From the NCBI RefSeq assembly GCF_009914755.1, contig NC_060937.1: a stretch of 64,000 nucleotides of DNA; one strand, written 5' to 3'. Origin of the DNA: the human T2T-CHM13v2.0 reference genome, Homo sapiens. The notes under the pieces were generated by a model that had not been told where the DNA came from, ran no database searches, and saw only the letters and a program-made list of their open reading frames with translations. Each line of letters starts with the position of its first letter. Position 1 is the first letter of the stretch. A program made the translations under genes and the position numbers. Positions 1 to 15,099 of the stretch are shown one piece after another.

Positions 1-424
1 TTACTTTGCCATTTGAATGAATGTGACGATAGCTGGGCTGTGTATACCCAATATAGGCAAACTTCCCATTCTACCTTCAAAAAGCCTGACAATCAATAGT
101 TCCCTGCTCTCCACACAGAAGTGTCAATTCTCCTCTTCCAGGTAAAGGTGATCATGAAAAGAAGGCCTGTTCAAAGCAGAAAACCTTGTGTCACTGACTT
201 TTGTAAATATGGCTTAACACTTATAAAAATAAACAGCAATTAAGGACTGCTGGACATTTACATAAACTGTTATCACACAAGAAAATGGCCCAAAGAAATA
301 CAACAAAGAAAAAACCTGACCTCATGAACATCAGACGGGCTTTTGGTTAAACAAAGAGAAAATTTTTTAATTAAAAAATTGTAATTAGAGGATCTACTGA
401 GGAACATTCTGTGGAACTCATATA

Positions 425-715
425 CATGTTTTAAGTGAAGCAGCCAGATGCAAAACAGCTATATGCTGTATGATTCCACTTATATTCTGTTCTGGAAAAA
501 AGTCCAGAGAAGATAACCATAGGGTTCAGGGATTTGGGGTGAGATGAGGGAAATCCCACAAAGGAGCAGCAAAAGGGAATTTTTAGGGAGTGATGGAGCT
601 GTTCTGTATCATGATTATAGTAATGGTTGTAAAGCTCTATCAGATTTCAGAACACATGGAAATATAAATTGCTAACAACATTTTTCTGTATGAAAATATA
701 CAAATAATTTATAAA
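425..715 (+). mobile_element. Old L1M (L1MC/MD/ME-like) 3' fragment
   Basis: Degenerate L1M 3'UTR motifs: 'aagtgaagcagccagatgcaaaa...tatgctgtatgattccacttata', 'gtgatggagctgttctgtatcatgatt'. Boundaries approximate. Confidence 0.55.
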
Positions 716-888
716 ATTTCTAATTAGCATTCTCACAAAGACTAGGGAAGGTAGCACTTTTTTAAAGAAGAAACCAGAAGCTTCTGGGAAGAAGAAACAT
801 TCAGAAAACAGGAGCCAAATATAAATTTCTCTAAATATTACTGTTGAATTGTTTTTTTAAAAAACAACTAAGAAGCCCTCCGTTTCCC

Positions 889-932
889 TCTGTGTGTGTG
901 CGTGCATGTGTGCATGCATGTGTATATGTATG
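889..932. repeat. Imperfect (TG)n/(TGCA)n microsatellite
   Basis: tgtgtgtgtgcgtgcatgtgtgcatgcatgtgtatatgtatg. Confidence 0.7.
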
Positions 933-1079
933 TTGGTGGGAGAAGGACATTTTGAGAAAGAAGTCTTTTAGGTGACTTATTATAGTGGTTGTGGGAGAAG
1001 TTTAAAATGTACATAGGAAAATAAAGACAAAGACAAAAATTGGAAAATCTGAATGCAAAATTAAGAGAAATGTATAGTC

Positions 1080-1360
1080 CTCACCCTTGTAATCCCCTCA
1101 CTTTGGGAGTCCTAGGTGGGAGGATCCTTTGAGGCTGGGATTTCAAGACCAGCATGAGCAATATAGTGAAACTCTGTCTCTACAAACAATAAAAATACTT
1201 GCTGGGTGTAGTGGTGTGCACCTGTAGGTCCAGCTACTTAGGAGGCTGAGGCAGGAGGATAGTTTAAGCCCAGGAGGTCAAGACTGCAGTGAGCCATGAT
1301 CACATCACTGCATTCCAGCCTGGGTGATAGAGGGAAGTCTCTTTTTAAACAATAAAAAAA
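1080..1360 (+). mobile_element. AluJ-type SINE, dimeric and diverged
   Basis: Both arms, A-rich linker and A tail present; J diagnostics 'ggaggatcctttgag', 'caggaggtcaagactgcagtgagccatgatc'. Confidence 0.9.
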
Positions 1361-2393
1361 GAGGGGGGTCACTTCCATGATGGTGGAATGGGAACAGCTC
1401 CAGTCTGTAGCTCCCAGCAAGATCGGCGCAGAAGATGGGTGATTTCTGCATTTCCAATTGAAGTACCTGGTTCATCTCACTGGGACTGGTTGGACAGTGG
1501 GTGCAGTCCACAGAGGGCAAGCTGAAGCAGGGCAGGGCTTTGCCTCACCTGGGAAGTAAAAGGGGTCAGGGGATTTCCCTTTTCTAGCCAAGGGAAGCCA
1601 TGTTAGACTGTACCTGAGGAAACGGTACACTTCTGAACAAATAATGGGCTTTTCCCATGGTCTTAGCAACTGGCAGACTAGGAGATACCCTCCCGTGCCT
1701 GGCCTGGTGGGTCCCACACCCACAGAGCCTTGCTCACTGCTAGCACAGCAGTCTGAAATCAACCTGCGACACTGCAGCTTGACGGGGAGAGGGGCATCTG
1801 CCATTGCTGAGGCTTGAGGAGCTCACAGTGTAAACAAAGTGGCCAGGAAACTCAAACTGGGCAGAGCCCACCACAGCTCAGCAAGGACTATTGCCTCTCT
1901 AGATTCTACCTCTGGGGGCAGGGCATAGCAGAAAAAAAGGCAGCTGACAGCTTCTGCAGACTTAAATGTCCCGGTCTAACAGCTCTGAAGAGAGCAGTGG
2001 CTCTCTCAACACAGCGTTTGAGCTCTGAGAATGGACACACTGCCTCCTCAAGTGGGTCCCTGACCTCCGTGTAGCCTGACTGGGAGACGTCTCTCAGTAG
2101 GGGCCAACAGAACCTCAAACAGGTGGGTGCCCCTCTGGGATGAAGCTCCAAGAGGAAGGATCAGGCAGCAATATTTGCTGTTCTGCATCCTCTGCTGGTG
2201 ATACACAGGCAAACAGGGTCTGGAGTGGACCTCCAGCAAACTCCAACAGACCTGCAGATGAGGGTCCTGACTATTAGAAGGAAAACTAACAAACAGAAAG
2301 GAATAGCATCAATATCAACAAAAAGGACATCCACTCCAAACTCCATCTGTAGGTCACCAACATCAAAGACCAAAGGTAAATAAAACCACAAAG
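1361..2393 (+). promoter_or_regulatory. L1 5'UTR internal promoter remnant, CpG-depleted, YY1 site mutated
   Basis: Begins 'gaggggggtcacttccatgatggtggaatgggaacagctccagtc' (consensus ...ccaagatggccgaataggaacagctcc). Activity cannot be judged from sequence. Confidence 0.6.
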
Positions 2394-3422
2394 ATGGGGA
2401 GAAACCAGAGCAGAAAAGCTGAAAATTCTAAAAACCAGAGCACCTCTTCTCCTCCAAAGGATCACAGCTCCTTGCCAGCAAGGAAACAAAACTGAACAGA
2501 GAATGAGCTTGACGAGTTGACAGAAGTAGGCTTCAGAAGGTCGGTAATAACAAACTTCTCTAAGCTAAAGAAGCATGTTCTAACCCATCACAAGGAAGCT
2601 AAAAACCTTGAAAAACGGTTAGATGAATGGCTAACTAGAATAAACAGTCTAGAGAAGAACTTAAATGACCTGATGGAGCTGAAAACCAAAGCACGAGAAC
2701 TTCATAACACATGCACAAGCTTCAATAGCACATTCGATCAAGTGGAAGAAAGGGTATCAGTGATTGAAGATCAAATTAATGAAATAAAGCAAGAAGACAA
2801 GATTAGAGAAATGAGAGTGAAAATAAATGAACAAGGCCTCCAAGAAACATGGGACTATGTGAAAAGACCAAATATATGTTTGATTGGTGTACCGGAAAAT
2901 GACAGGGAGAATGGAACCAAGTTAGAAAACACTCTTCAGGATATTATCCAGGAGAACTTCCCTCACCTAGCAAGGCAGGCCAATATTCAAATTCAGGAAA
3001 TACAGAGAATACCACAAAGATACTCCTCGAGAAGAGCAACCCAAAGACACATAATTGTCAGATTCGCCAAGGTTGAAATGAAGGAAAAAATGTTACGGGC
3101 AGCCAGAGAGAAAGGTTGGCTTACCTACAAAGGGAAGCCTGTCAGACTAACAGCAGATCTCTCAGCAGAAACCCTACAAGACAGAAGAGAGTGGGGGCCA
3201 ATATTCAACATTCTTTAAGAAAAGAGTTTTCAACCCAGAATCTCATATCCAGCCAAACTAATCTTCATAAGTGAAGGAGAAATAAAATCCTGTACAGACA
3301 AGAAAATACTGAGAGATTTTGTCACCACAAGGCCTGCCTTATGAGAAAGAGCTCCTGAAGGAGCACTAAACATGGAAAGGAACAACCAGTACCAGCCACT
3401 GCAAAAACATGCCAAATTGTAA
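2394..3422 (+). pseudogene. L1 ORF1p remnant
   Basis: ATG at 2394 (atggggagaaaccagagc); ORF 2517-3218 translates as ORF1p (KRPNICLIGVPE, IIQENFP, REWGPIFNIL); premature TGA upstream of 2517 and a frameshift near 3215; ends gccaaattgtaa. Confidence 0.92.
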
Positions 3423-3485
3423 AGACCATTGATGCTGTGAAAAAACCACATCAATTAACAGGGAAAATAACCAGCTAACATCATA

Positions 3486-7287
<3,802 letters not shown>

Positions 7288-7502
7288 ACAATGAGAACAC
7301 ATGGACACAGGAAGGGGAACATCACACTCTGGGGACTGTTGTGGGGTGGGGGGAGGGGGGAGGGATAGCATTAGGAGATATACCTAATGCTAAATGACGA
7401 GTTAATGGGTGCAGCACACCAGCATGACACATGTATACATATGTAACTAACCTGCACATTGTGCACATGTACCCTAAAACTTAAAGTATAATAATAAAAA
7501 AA

Positions 7503-7690
7503 AAAAATTAGCTGGCTGTGGTGGCGTATGTGTATAATCCCTACTACTTGGGAGGCTGAGGCAAGAGAATAGCTTGAACCTGGGAGGCGGAGTTTGCAGT
7601 GAGCCAAGATCATGCCATTGCGCTCCAGCCTGGGCAATAAGAGCAAAACTCTGTTTCAAAATAAATTAATTAATTAAATTAAATAAAAAC
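7503..7690 (+). mobile_element. AluS (Sq/Sp-like) right arm only
   Basis: Starts at the linker 'aaaattagctggctgtggtggcg'; 'ccattgcgctccagcctgggcaataagagcaaaactc'; (AATT)n-type tail; no left arm nearby. Confidence 0.9.
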
Positions 7691-8834
7691 CAAATTGCAC
7701 AGTTTTCTAATTGAAGTTTCAATTAAATTCTGAGTAGGGAGGAAAAGAAGACTGCATACAAACACATATCCTTGTGAAAATGTTAACACAAAGGATAGCA
7801 ATGCTTCTAGAGTATAAAGTGGTTTCTAGGGAAAAAAAAAAAGGCAGTTAAGAGTGGTTTAGATGGCTGATTTGTTTTGAATTTTGTCAGGTGAATTAGC
7901 TCCTTTTTTGGTGTGAGCACCATGACTGCATAGAAGATAACCTATAGTCCCTGTGTCCAGGGCTAATAATCTTTTCTAGAAACTAAAGAAATACCTAGGT
8001 ATAGAAATATATTTTTAGAAACTGCTTTCTGAAGTAAATTAGATATTCTGAAAAAGTAAAACAGAGAAACCTATTTTTTCATCGAAATTCCATATAAAGC
8101 TTTACTTCTGTGCCAACTAAACCTTTCCCAATGTGATGTCTTAGTGACTAACAATTTAGAATTGTCACTGAGATCAAGCACTTTGTGTGAGTGTCTTTGT
8201 CATTATTTGATGTCATCATATAAGCAACACTATGTTTTAGCATAATTCCCTTAAAAACACCATAATCAATACAAATGATAATAATTAGATCAAAAAGCTA
8301 TTTTTCCTAACAAAGAGACTGTAGGCAAAGCCTTTGGTAGAGGCTGCCATTATCAGCAGGTGCTTTTAGCTCCACACTTGTCATTGAATTATAATACTAG
8401 ACATTAGTATGAGTAATAATGCATTTTTTCAGGAGCTTTTTCTCTGAAGGCAAAATATGGAACATGGAACAGTATGTGGCTTGTTCAACTTACACCTAGC
8501 ATATTTCAAATTGTACTGATACTCACAAGGCTGTAAAAACAAATGGCATGAAATATTAAAAGAAAATAATGAAAATAAACAATGACTTTAGGTACCAAAT
8601 AGTACCAAATGACTCAGGTGCCAACTATGCAACCAAATAGTTAAGAATCCTCATTAAAAATATAAGTAATATTTTACTGAGTTTTTGGCATTAATTAACT
8701 GGCTTTTCCACAGCCTTTAGCATGATATCCTTAAAGTCCTTGGATGTTTTTGAATCATAAAAGGGATGTGAAGTCATGCTCAGTATACTTCCAATTAGGG
8801 CTTTCTAGCATCCAAAGTGGAAATTCTTTAACCC

Positions 8835-9172
8835 ATAGGTTGCCGGCTGGCAGCCTATAAGCCAAAAATAGGATGCTGATTATGTCACATTGTGATGTAT
8901 AGTGTTCAAAAAACGGATTAAATTGTCAATATTTAACAATTATAATATAGTACCTAAAAACAAGAGTTTGCTGCTGTTTTGACAAGTTTAGAAATCTGCA
9001 ATACTCGGTCTGCCTTTCTATAATAACCTGCAGCTAAGTAGCAGCTGACCTTGTCAAGAAGGATGTATGCTTCCTAATTTCCCGGAGGTTGGCCCCACAT
9101 TTTCTTACACCTGACCCTCTTCCCTCCTTTACGTTATGTTTGGCTCCCAAAGCACTTGAGTGAGGGACCACT
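8835..9172 (-). mobile_element. MER102-like hAT DNA transposon fossil
   Basis: 'ttacgttatgtttggctcccaaagcacttgagtgagggacc' and 'agctaagtagcagctg' resemble the MER102 end as I recall it. Confidence 0.45.
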
Positions 9173-11189
9173 TAACAATCAGTCTATCAAATGACATGGG
9201 GTTATCAATCAGTTAATCAATTAATAACTAATTATTGAATAACTGATAAGTAACCCCTTATAAATCGATTAACAGATAGATAAACGCAGAGAGGAAAAGT
9301 GATTGCATAACTGAATTAATGCTCTGCAGCATGGACATATTTCTGTACCAAGGTCTTGCCATTCCTGATTCTATCTTATTCCTGTTTAATTTTTTTAAAT
9401 TAAGAATTGCTGCATTGTGTATACACAAAATAGCAAGCTATGTCATTAGTCATTCTGAAGTTATTATAAACAAGATTTCATAATAAGGCATGCAAAGATC
9501 GAGAGGCAGAAATAAGCCTTGTCAAGAAATTGATATATGATATAGTTAAATACTTCATTATCTGAACATTCATAATAAGTATAATAATTTTGTGTTGCCA
9601 GGGTTTATACAGGACCTTTACTATATCCCATGAAGATGTTCAGTCCTCTGTAAAATATTTGGTCTCTATTAAATATAAGAAGAAAAGAGGAAAACATCTT
9701 TCTGAATCTGTTTTTTTACAAAGAATCTGATTTCTCCAAACCAAATTCAAAACTTATGAGAATTAAGTCAGTTTGTTTTTCATGTAGAATTCCTTTATTC
9801 ATAGACAATGAAATAATCAATATATTCTCCCAAATTGAACAAAATTTCCAAATGAGCTCATTCCCAGGATAAATGAAAAGACATAGGGACATTCAGATGT
9901 AAATGTTTGTGTACAAAGAAATTAGAGTTAGTGTTAATTTTTTAGTGGAGAAACAATTGGGAAAAAGCCCATGGGAGTAAACCAGAGACAACTTGTTTTA
10001 AAAACTGATAGAAGACATTTGAAAAACACAAACAACCAAGTGAACCCTACAAATCACAGATGACATATTTTCACAGGTAAATTTATAGTTTAACTCTTCC
10101 AACTCATTCTACTGTATAAGCTTGAAAGATAGTTTATTGGTTCTACGCCTGAGTGTAGAAATAAGCAGTGAGGATCTTCAGTTATAGAGCCCCAAATGCT
10201 CTGTTATGGTTGGAGTTTAAAGGGGTGTATGTAGTGGATGCAGAATGGAAGAGGGGAGAAGGAAGTAAAGTTTATTTACCATTTATTATAGCCACATAGT
10301 CCTACATTATCCAGCCATCAAGGGTCAAGCCACATGGCAACAGCCAGGTAACAATAATATTAGCTGATATTTTGAATATGAAAGCAGGAATCTAAACGTA
10401 CAGGGTTCCTTTCCCTAACCACTTCTGGAGGTGCCAAAGGAATAGATACCAGTTCCAAAAATCTATGTCAGTTATTGCTGGTTATATCAGCCAGCCTTCG
10501 CACTCTGAACATCTGTTTCAGGTTCTTAGGAAACCAACTGCCAACCTGTGATGGACTTCTCTAAGTTTGCTGCTGCTTTGCACATACGGTTTTGGTTTAG
10601 TGATAGATACAACCATTCACTTAATTTTTCTAGGTACAAAAAAATAATAATAATAAGCAAAACTTTCTTGAACAAAGGACAAAGGTAATTACTTTGAAAA
10701 CATGAAGTATCATTGTTTCTACTACCCACATACTACGGGAATTCTCTAAGGTTGGTTTATTCTTATCTCTCAGCCTGTCTGTCATCTGTGACAAGGGCCA
10801 GCTCACCTTTCACTTGACAGAAGGGCTGTGGAACATAATCCCAATCGACAACTCCAACTAACTTGCCCAACAGTATTTTTCATCACTCATTCAATGAAGG
10901 TATGTCTCCTTTCCTGTTCCAGATGATAGGCTGAAAGAAAGAGAAAATGTTTACCGTGACTCACAAGCTGTGTTATGACCCACATGGTTTCACAAAAATA
11001 ATCAAAATACTGTGATTGCCAATGTATTTCCAAAGTCTGGATTATGTAACGTGTGAGGGAGTGTCAATAGTTTGAGGAAATATGCAGTAATCTAGTCCAT
11101 GTGCTACTCATGACATTCCTTCTAGTACACAACAATGAGAAGATCAGTCTTCTGGATTGCCAGATCACTTGTGAAAAGTACTTGAATTA

Positions 11190-11210
11190 AACACACACAC
11201 ACACACACAC
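11190..11210. repeat. (AC)10 microsatellite
   Basis: acacacacacacacacacac. Confidence 0.9.
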
Positions 11211-11212
11211 TT

Positions 11213-11710
11213 GCTGGTATATATCTACAGTAGAATACTATTCACTCAGTGAAAGAAAATGAAATCTTGTCATTTGCAACAACATGAATGACCCTGGATG
11301 ACATTATGTTGAGTGAAATAATCCAGGCTCAGAAAGATACACACTGCATGATCTCATTCATATGTGGGATCTAAAAATTTTGATCTCGTAGAAGATAGGG
11401 AAGGTCGAGCTGAAAGGGGAATAGGAAGAGGCTGGTTAATAGATATACAATTATAGCTATATAGGAGGGATAATTGCTAGCGTTCTATAGCACCGTACGG
11501 TGAATATAGTTAACAATTTATTGTGTATTTTAAAATAGCAGCAAGAGAGGATTTTGAATGTTTCCAAAGCAAAGATACAATATATGTTTGAGGTAACTGA
11601 TGTGCTAGTTACCCTGATTTGATCATTTTACGTTGTATGCATGTATTAAAATATTATACTGTACCCCATAAATATGTACAATTATTATGTGCCAATTAAA
11701 AATAATAATA
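11213..11710 (+). mobile_element. L1MA (about L1MA5-7) 3' end
   Basis: 'gaaatcttgtcatttgcaacaacatgaatg...ttaccctgatttgatcatt...ccccataaatatgtacaattattatgtgccaattaaaaataa'. Confidence 0.85.
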
Positions 11711-11985
11711 ACATTTTAATGAGCATTAGTGTTTCTATCCTTCCTTAGGAAACTTATTTTTTTTAACTTTGTTATAGTGCAGTCTGACTAAATATAAACA
11801 CAATTTACATTGCTAAGCAACACACCTAACATCTCAGCTTGAGCCTCTGTGTGGTGTTGTCTTGACATTTTTCTCCAGAAAGGAAGAGGTGAATAAAAAC
11901 ACTTGCTCTGCTTTCCTGTTACTTAAAACCCCATTGCGGCGATTTATTTATTGAATTGGGGCCACCACTCCAAAGAACAGAAAAA

Positions 11986-13145
11986 AAAATGTATGTTTCC
12001 TGGAACCTTTCTTTCAAAATTGGAACCCCCATAATGCTCTATTACATTACATACAAAATAGAGCCTAGTAAAAAATATTATGAAAAGTTTGTTGTACTTC
12101 CCCAAAACAGAGACCTATCGAATCCATATATTTTGTGCCCTAATCTTTAGGACAGGAATAGATTTCTTGAGTACTAAATCTTCATTCATTCTATCAAGAG
12201 ATATTGATTTAACACCTATAGAATATTAGGTTCTGAAGGACATGGAGCTAGAGCTATAAACATATCAGAAGTTATCACTGCTTTCCTGAAGCTTCCAGGA
12301 TAGACATTAAGATTGTGATTGTGATGTTGAGTAATTTAGAAAATATTATCAAGAAGCCTTTTATTTTCAATTCTCAAAATTTAGGATAAGGGTAATTATA
12401 GAAGTGATAAAGAATGTTGACTTACACTGAACTTAATAATAAACTATACCTATTTAAGTGTTGAAAAATATTGCAAATAAATTATTCTCACAATAGTACT
12501 ATTGTAGGTAGGTCAGAAATTCTCATTCTTATTATCGTATTAATAAAATGATAGCTTAGAATAATTGATTATATAAACTTGCCTAGTGTAAGCTATTTGT
12601 CCACTCTGAGTGATATCAGTAGTGCTAAGTACTAGGGTTTGTAGTTTGTAGTGTAGTTTATATAAGATGAAGTATGAACTTTGGAACTTTAATTTTCTGA
12701 TTTTATGGATGATGTTTTTTCTCTCTGCAGCATGCTAAGAAGGGAATTGTATATCATCACCATTATGATACTATTACTGTGGAGTTGGTTTACTTCTCTT
12801 GATTCAAATCTCTCTTTAAGAATGTGTAAAATACTTATGGCCATCACAGGGCTATTTGTGCTCTTAAATTACCAAATAATATATGTTTCAAAAATCATGG
12901 CTCATGTAACAATACCTTTGTTTTCACTAAGGAAAATGTATGTTTTATGGAACCCTCCTTAATTTCAAAATTAGAATGCCCATAACATTCTATTACATTA
13001 TATACAGAATAGAGCCTAGTAAAAAATACTGTGAGAAGCTTGTACTTCTCCAAAACAGAGACTTCTTGAATCCGCATATTTTGTGATCTAATCTTTAGGA
13101 TACGAATATATTTCTTGCGCACTAAATCTTCATTCATTCTATCAA
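11986..13145 (+). repeat. Dispersed direct duplication of about 210 bp (11986-12197 and 12933-13145)
   Basis: Shared blocks 'aaaatgtatgttt', 'tttcaaaatt', 'tctattacatta', 'aatagagcctagtaaaaaata', 'ccaaaacagagac', 'ctaatctttagga', 'actaaatcttcattcattctatcaa'. Confidence 0.92.
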
Positions 13146-13373
13146 TGAATGTTCACTTTCTTTCTCATTTTGAGAGCTAAATGTAAGGTGTAAAGGAAAT
13201 AAATAAGTTGGGGAATTATTATAGGAGAGAATAAGATTGGCAGAATAAGTCACTTATTGCATTAGTGGCATCTGCCTAAAATCATTCACCACTTCAAATA
13301 CCACAAACCACAAACCATAGTACCTAGCACTGCTGATATCACTCAGAGTGGACAAATAGCTCACACTAGGCAA
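12579..13373. repeat. Inverted repeat with 74-bp arms (12579-12652 and 13300-13373)
   Basis: Reverse complement of arm 1 matches arm 2 with 6 mismatches in 74 by hand count; core tgatatcactcagagtggacaaatagct. Confidence 0.92.
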
Positions 13374-14580
13374 ACCAAATTCTTTATTCCAACAATTTGA
13401 ACCCAAGACCTAGATTTTCAGCTTTGTTTTGATCCTATGAACTATGCAGGGTCTATTTTTCTTATTTGCATAATTTATAATCTATTTCTGTTTCTTGCAT
13501 ACAGATAACAATAACTAAGACAGTCTCAAAATTCTGTCACATTATGGAGAGCAAAGAATGCCATGTATGGTCTAGTTTACAGAGAATTTAAGGAAAGCAA
13601 GCCTCAAGTTGCTTTTCATGAACTTTTCAGTTTCCACTTGAATCTGGAAAAAAAAGTGAATATCATGAGAAACTTCTACCTTTTACCTAATCTTTTCTGT
13701 CTCCTTGATGAAACTGGGATGTAATAAATGAGGCAAGATGTCAGGAAAAATATTTCATTAAAAATGTTATGTTAAGAAAGAATAGCCAAAGGACAGTCCA
13801 GTGGATTTTCATCAGTTATGTTTTAGAAGAATAGAAATTAAAATCATCTACTCTTGACTGTGTAGAAGCCGATAACACTGCTCCTGGTGAATCATTACAA
13901 TTTCAATAAGATATCCTTATGGGAATCAGCAATGGACATATGGTGACTGAGATCCTAGTAGTAAACTAATACTTCTCTTTGACAGAGATAAAAATGAGCT
14001 TCCTCTTTTAATATATCACAATATCTGAATATATTTTCTTTACTGTACATACACTACTCTCAGACAAGCAACAGACTTGCTCCTGGTTTAAAGACATGTC
14101 ATGTAACTGCTCCAAAAATTTTTGCTCAATCAGTGGACCTGCCTGAAAAATATCCTAATTGTTCCATATGTGAGGTTTGAATGTAATTTCAGCTAATGAG
14201 TTATATTTTATCGAGGATAGCATTGCATAATTGGTTTTAATTTGTTTTGAATTGTAGTGCTGCAGTACCCCATAGAGTATACTCAATTGTCTGGCAAGAG
14301 TTCTGGGTTAGAATAAGATCAGTGGTGACAGCCCCACCTCCCCAAATAAATAAACAAACCAGAATCTATTTTTCTCATACCATAAGATGACTTTGATGTT
14401 TTGCTTGCTGTCAATTTACTGTCTGTATCATTATTGCCTTTATTCATATATGTTATTAGTATTCTTGTGATTTTCTGTTCATTGCCTCAAAAGAATGTGC
14501 TGGTATGGCAGAATCTATAAAGGAGACAAATCCCCACCCTGTGCATTTGAATGTCCAAGTAGATTGAAAAAAGAAGTCCA

Positions 14581-15056
14581 GCTATAAAGACACATGCACA
14601 CGTATGTTTATTGCGGCATTATTCACAATAGCAAAGACTTGGAACCAACCCAAATGTCCAACAATGATAGACTGGATTAAGAAAATGTGGCACATATACA
14701 CCATGGAATACTATGCAGCCATAAAAAAGGATGAGTTCATGTCCTTTGTAGGGACATGGATGAAATTGGAAATCATCATTCTCAGTAAACTATCGCAAGA
14801 ACAAAAAACCAAACACCGCATATTCTCACTCATAGGTGGGAATTGAATAATGAGAATACATGGACACAGGAAGGGGAACATCACACTCTGGGGACTATTG
14901 TGGGGTGGGGGGAGTGGGGAGGGATAGCATTGGGAGATATACCTAATGCTAGATGACGAGTTAGTGGGTGCAGTGCAACAGCATGGCACGTGTATACGTG
15001 TATACATATGTAACTAACCTGCACATTGTGCACATGTACCCTAAAACTTAAAGTAA

Positions 15057-15087
<31 letters not shown>

Positions 15088-15099
15088 TAAAAAAATAAA
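14581..15099 (+). mobile_element. 5'-truncated L1PA2-type LINE-1 with 15-bp TSD
   Basis: 3'UTR 'gcattgggagatatacctaatgctagatgacgagttagtggg'; (TAA)n/A tail; perfect TSD gaaaaaagaagtcca at 14566-14580 and 15100-15114. Confidence 0.95.

Noticed and set aside
7342-7364. G-quadruplex-like G tracts, also at about 14900-14922
   Set aside because: The standard polypurine tract of the L1 3'UTR.
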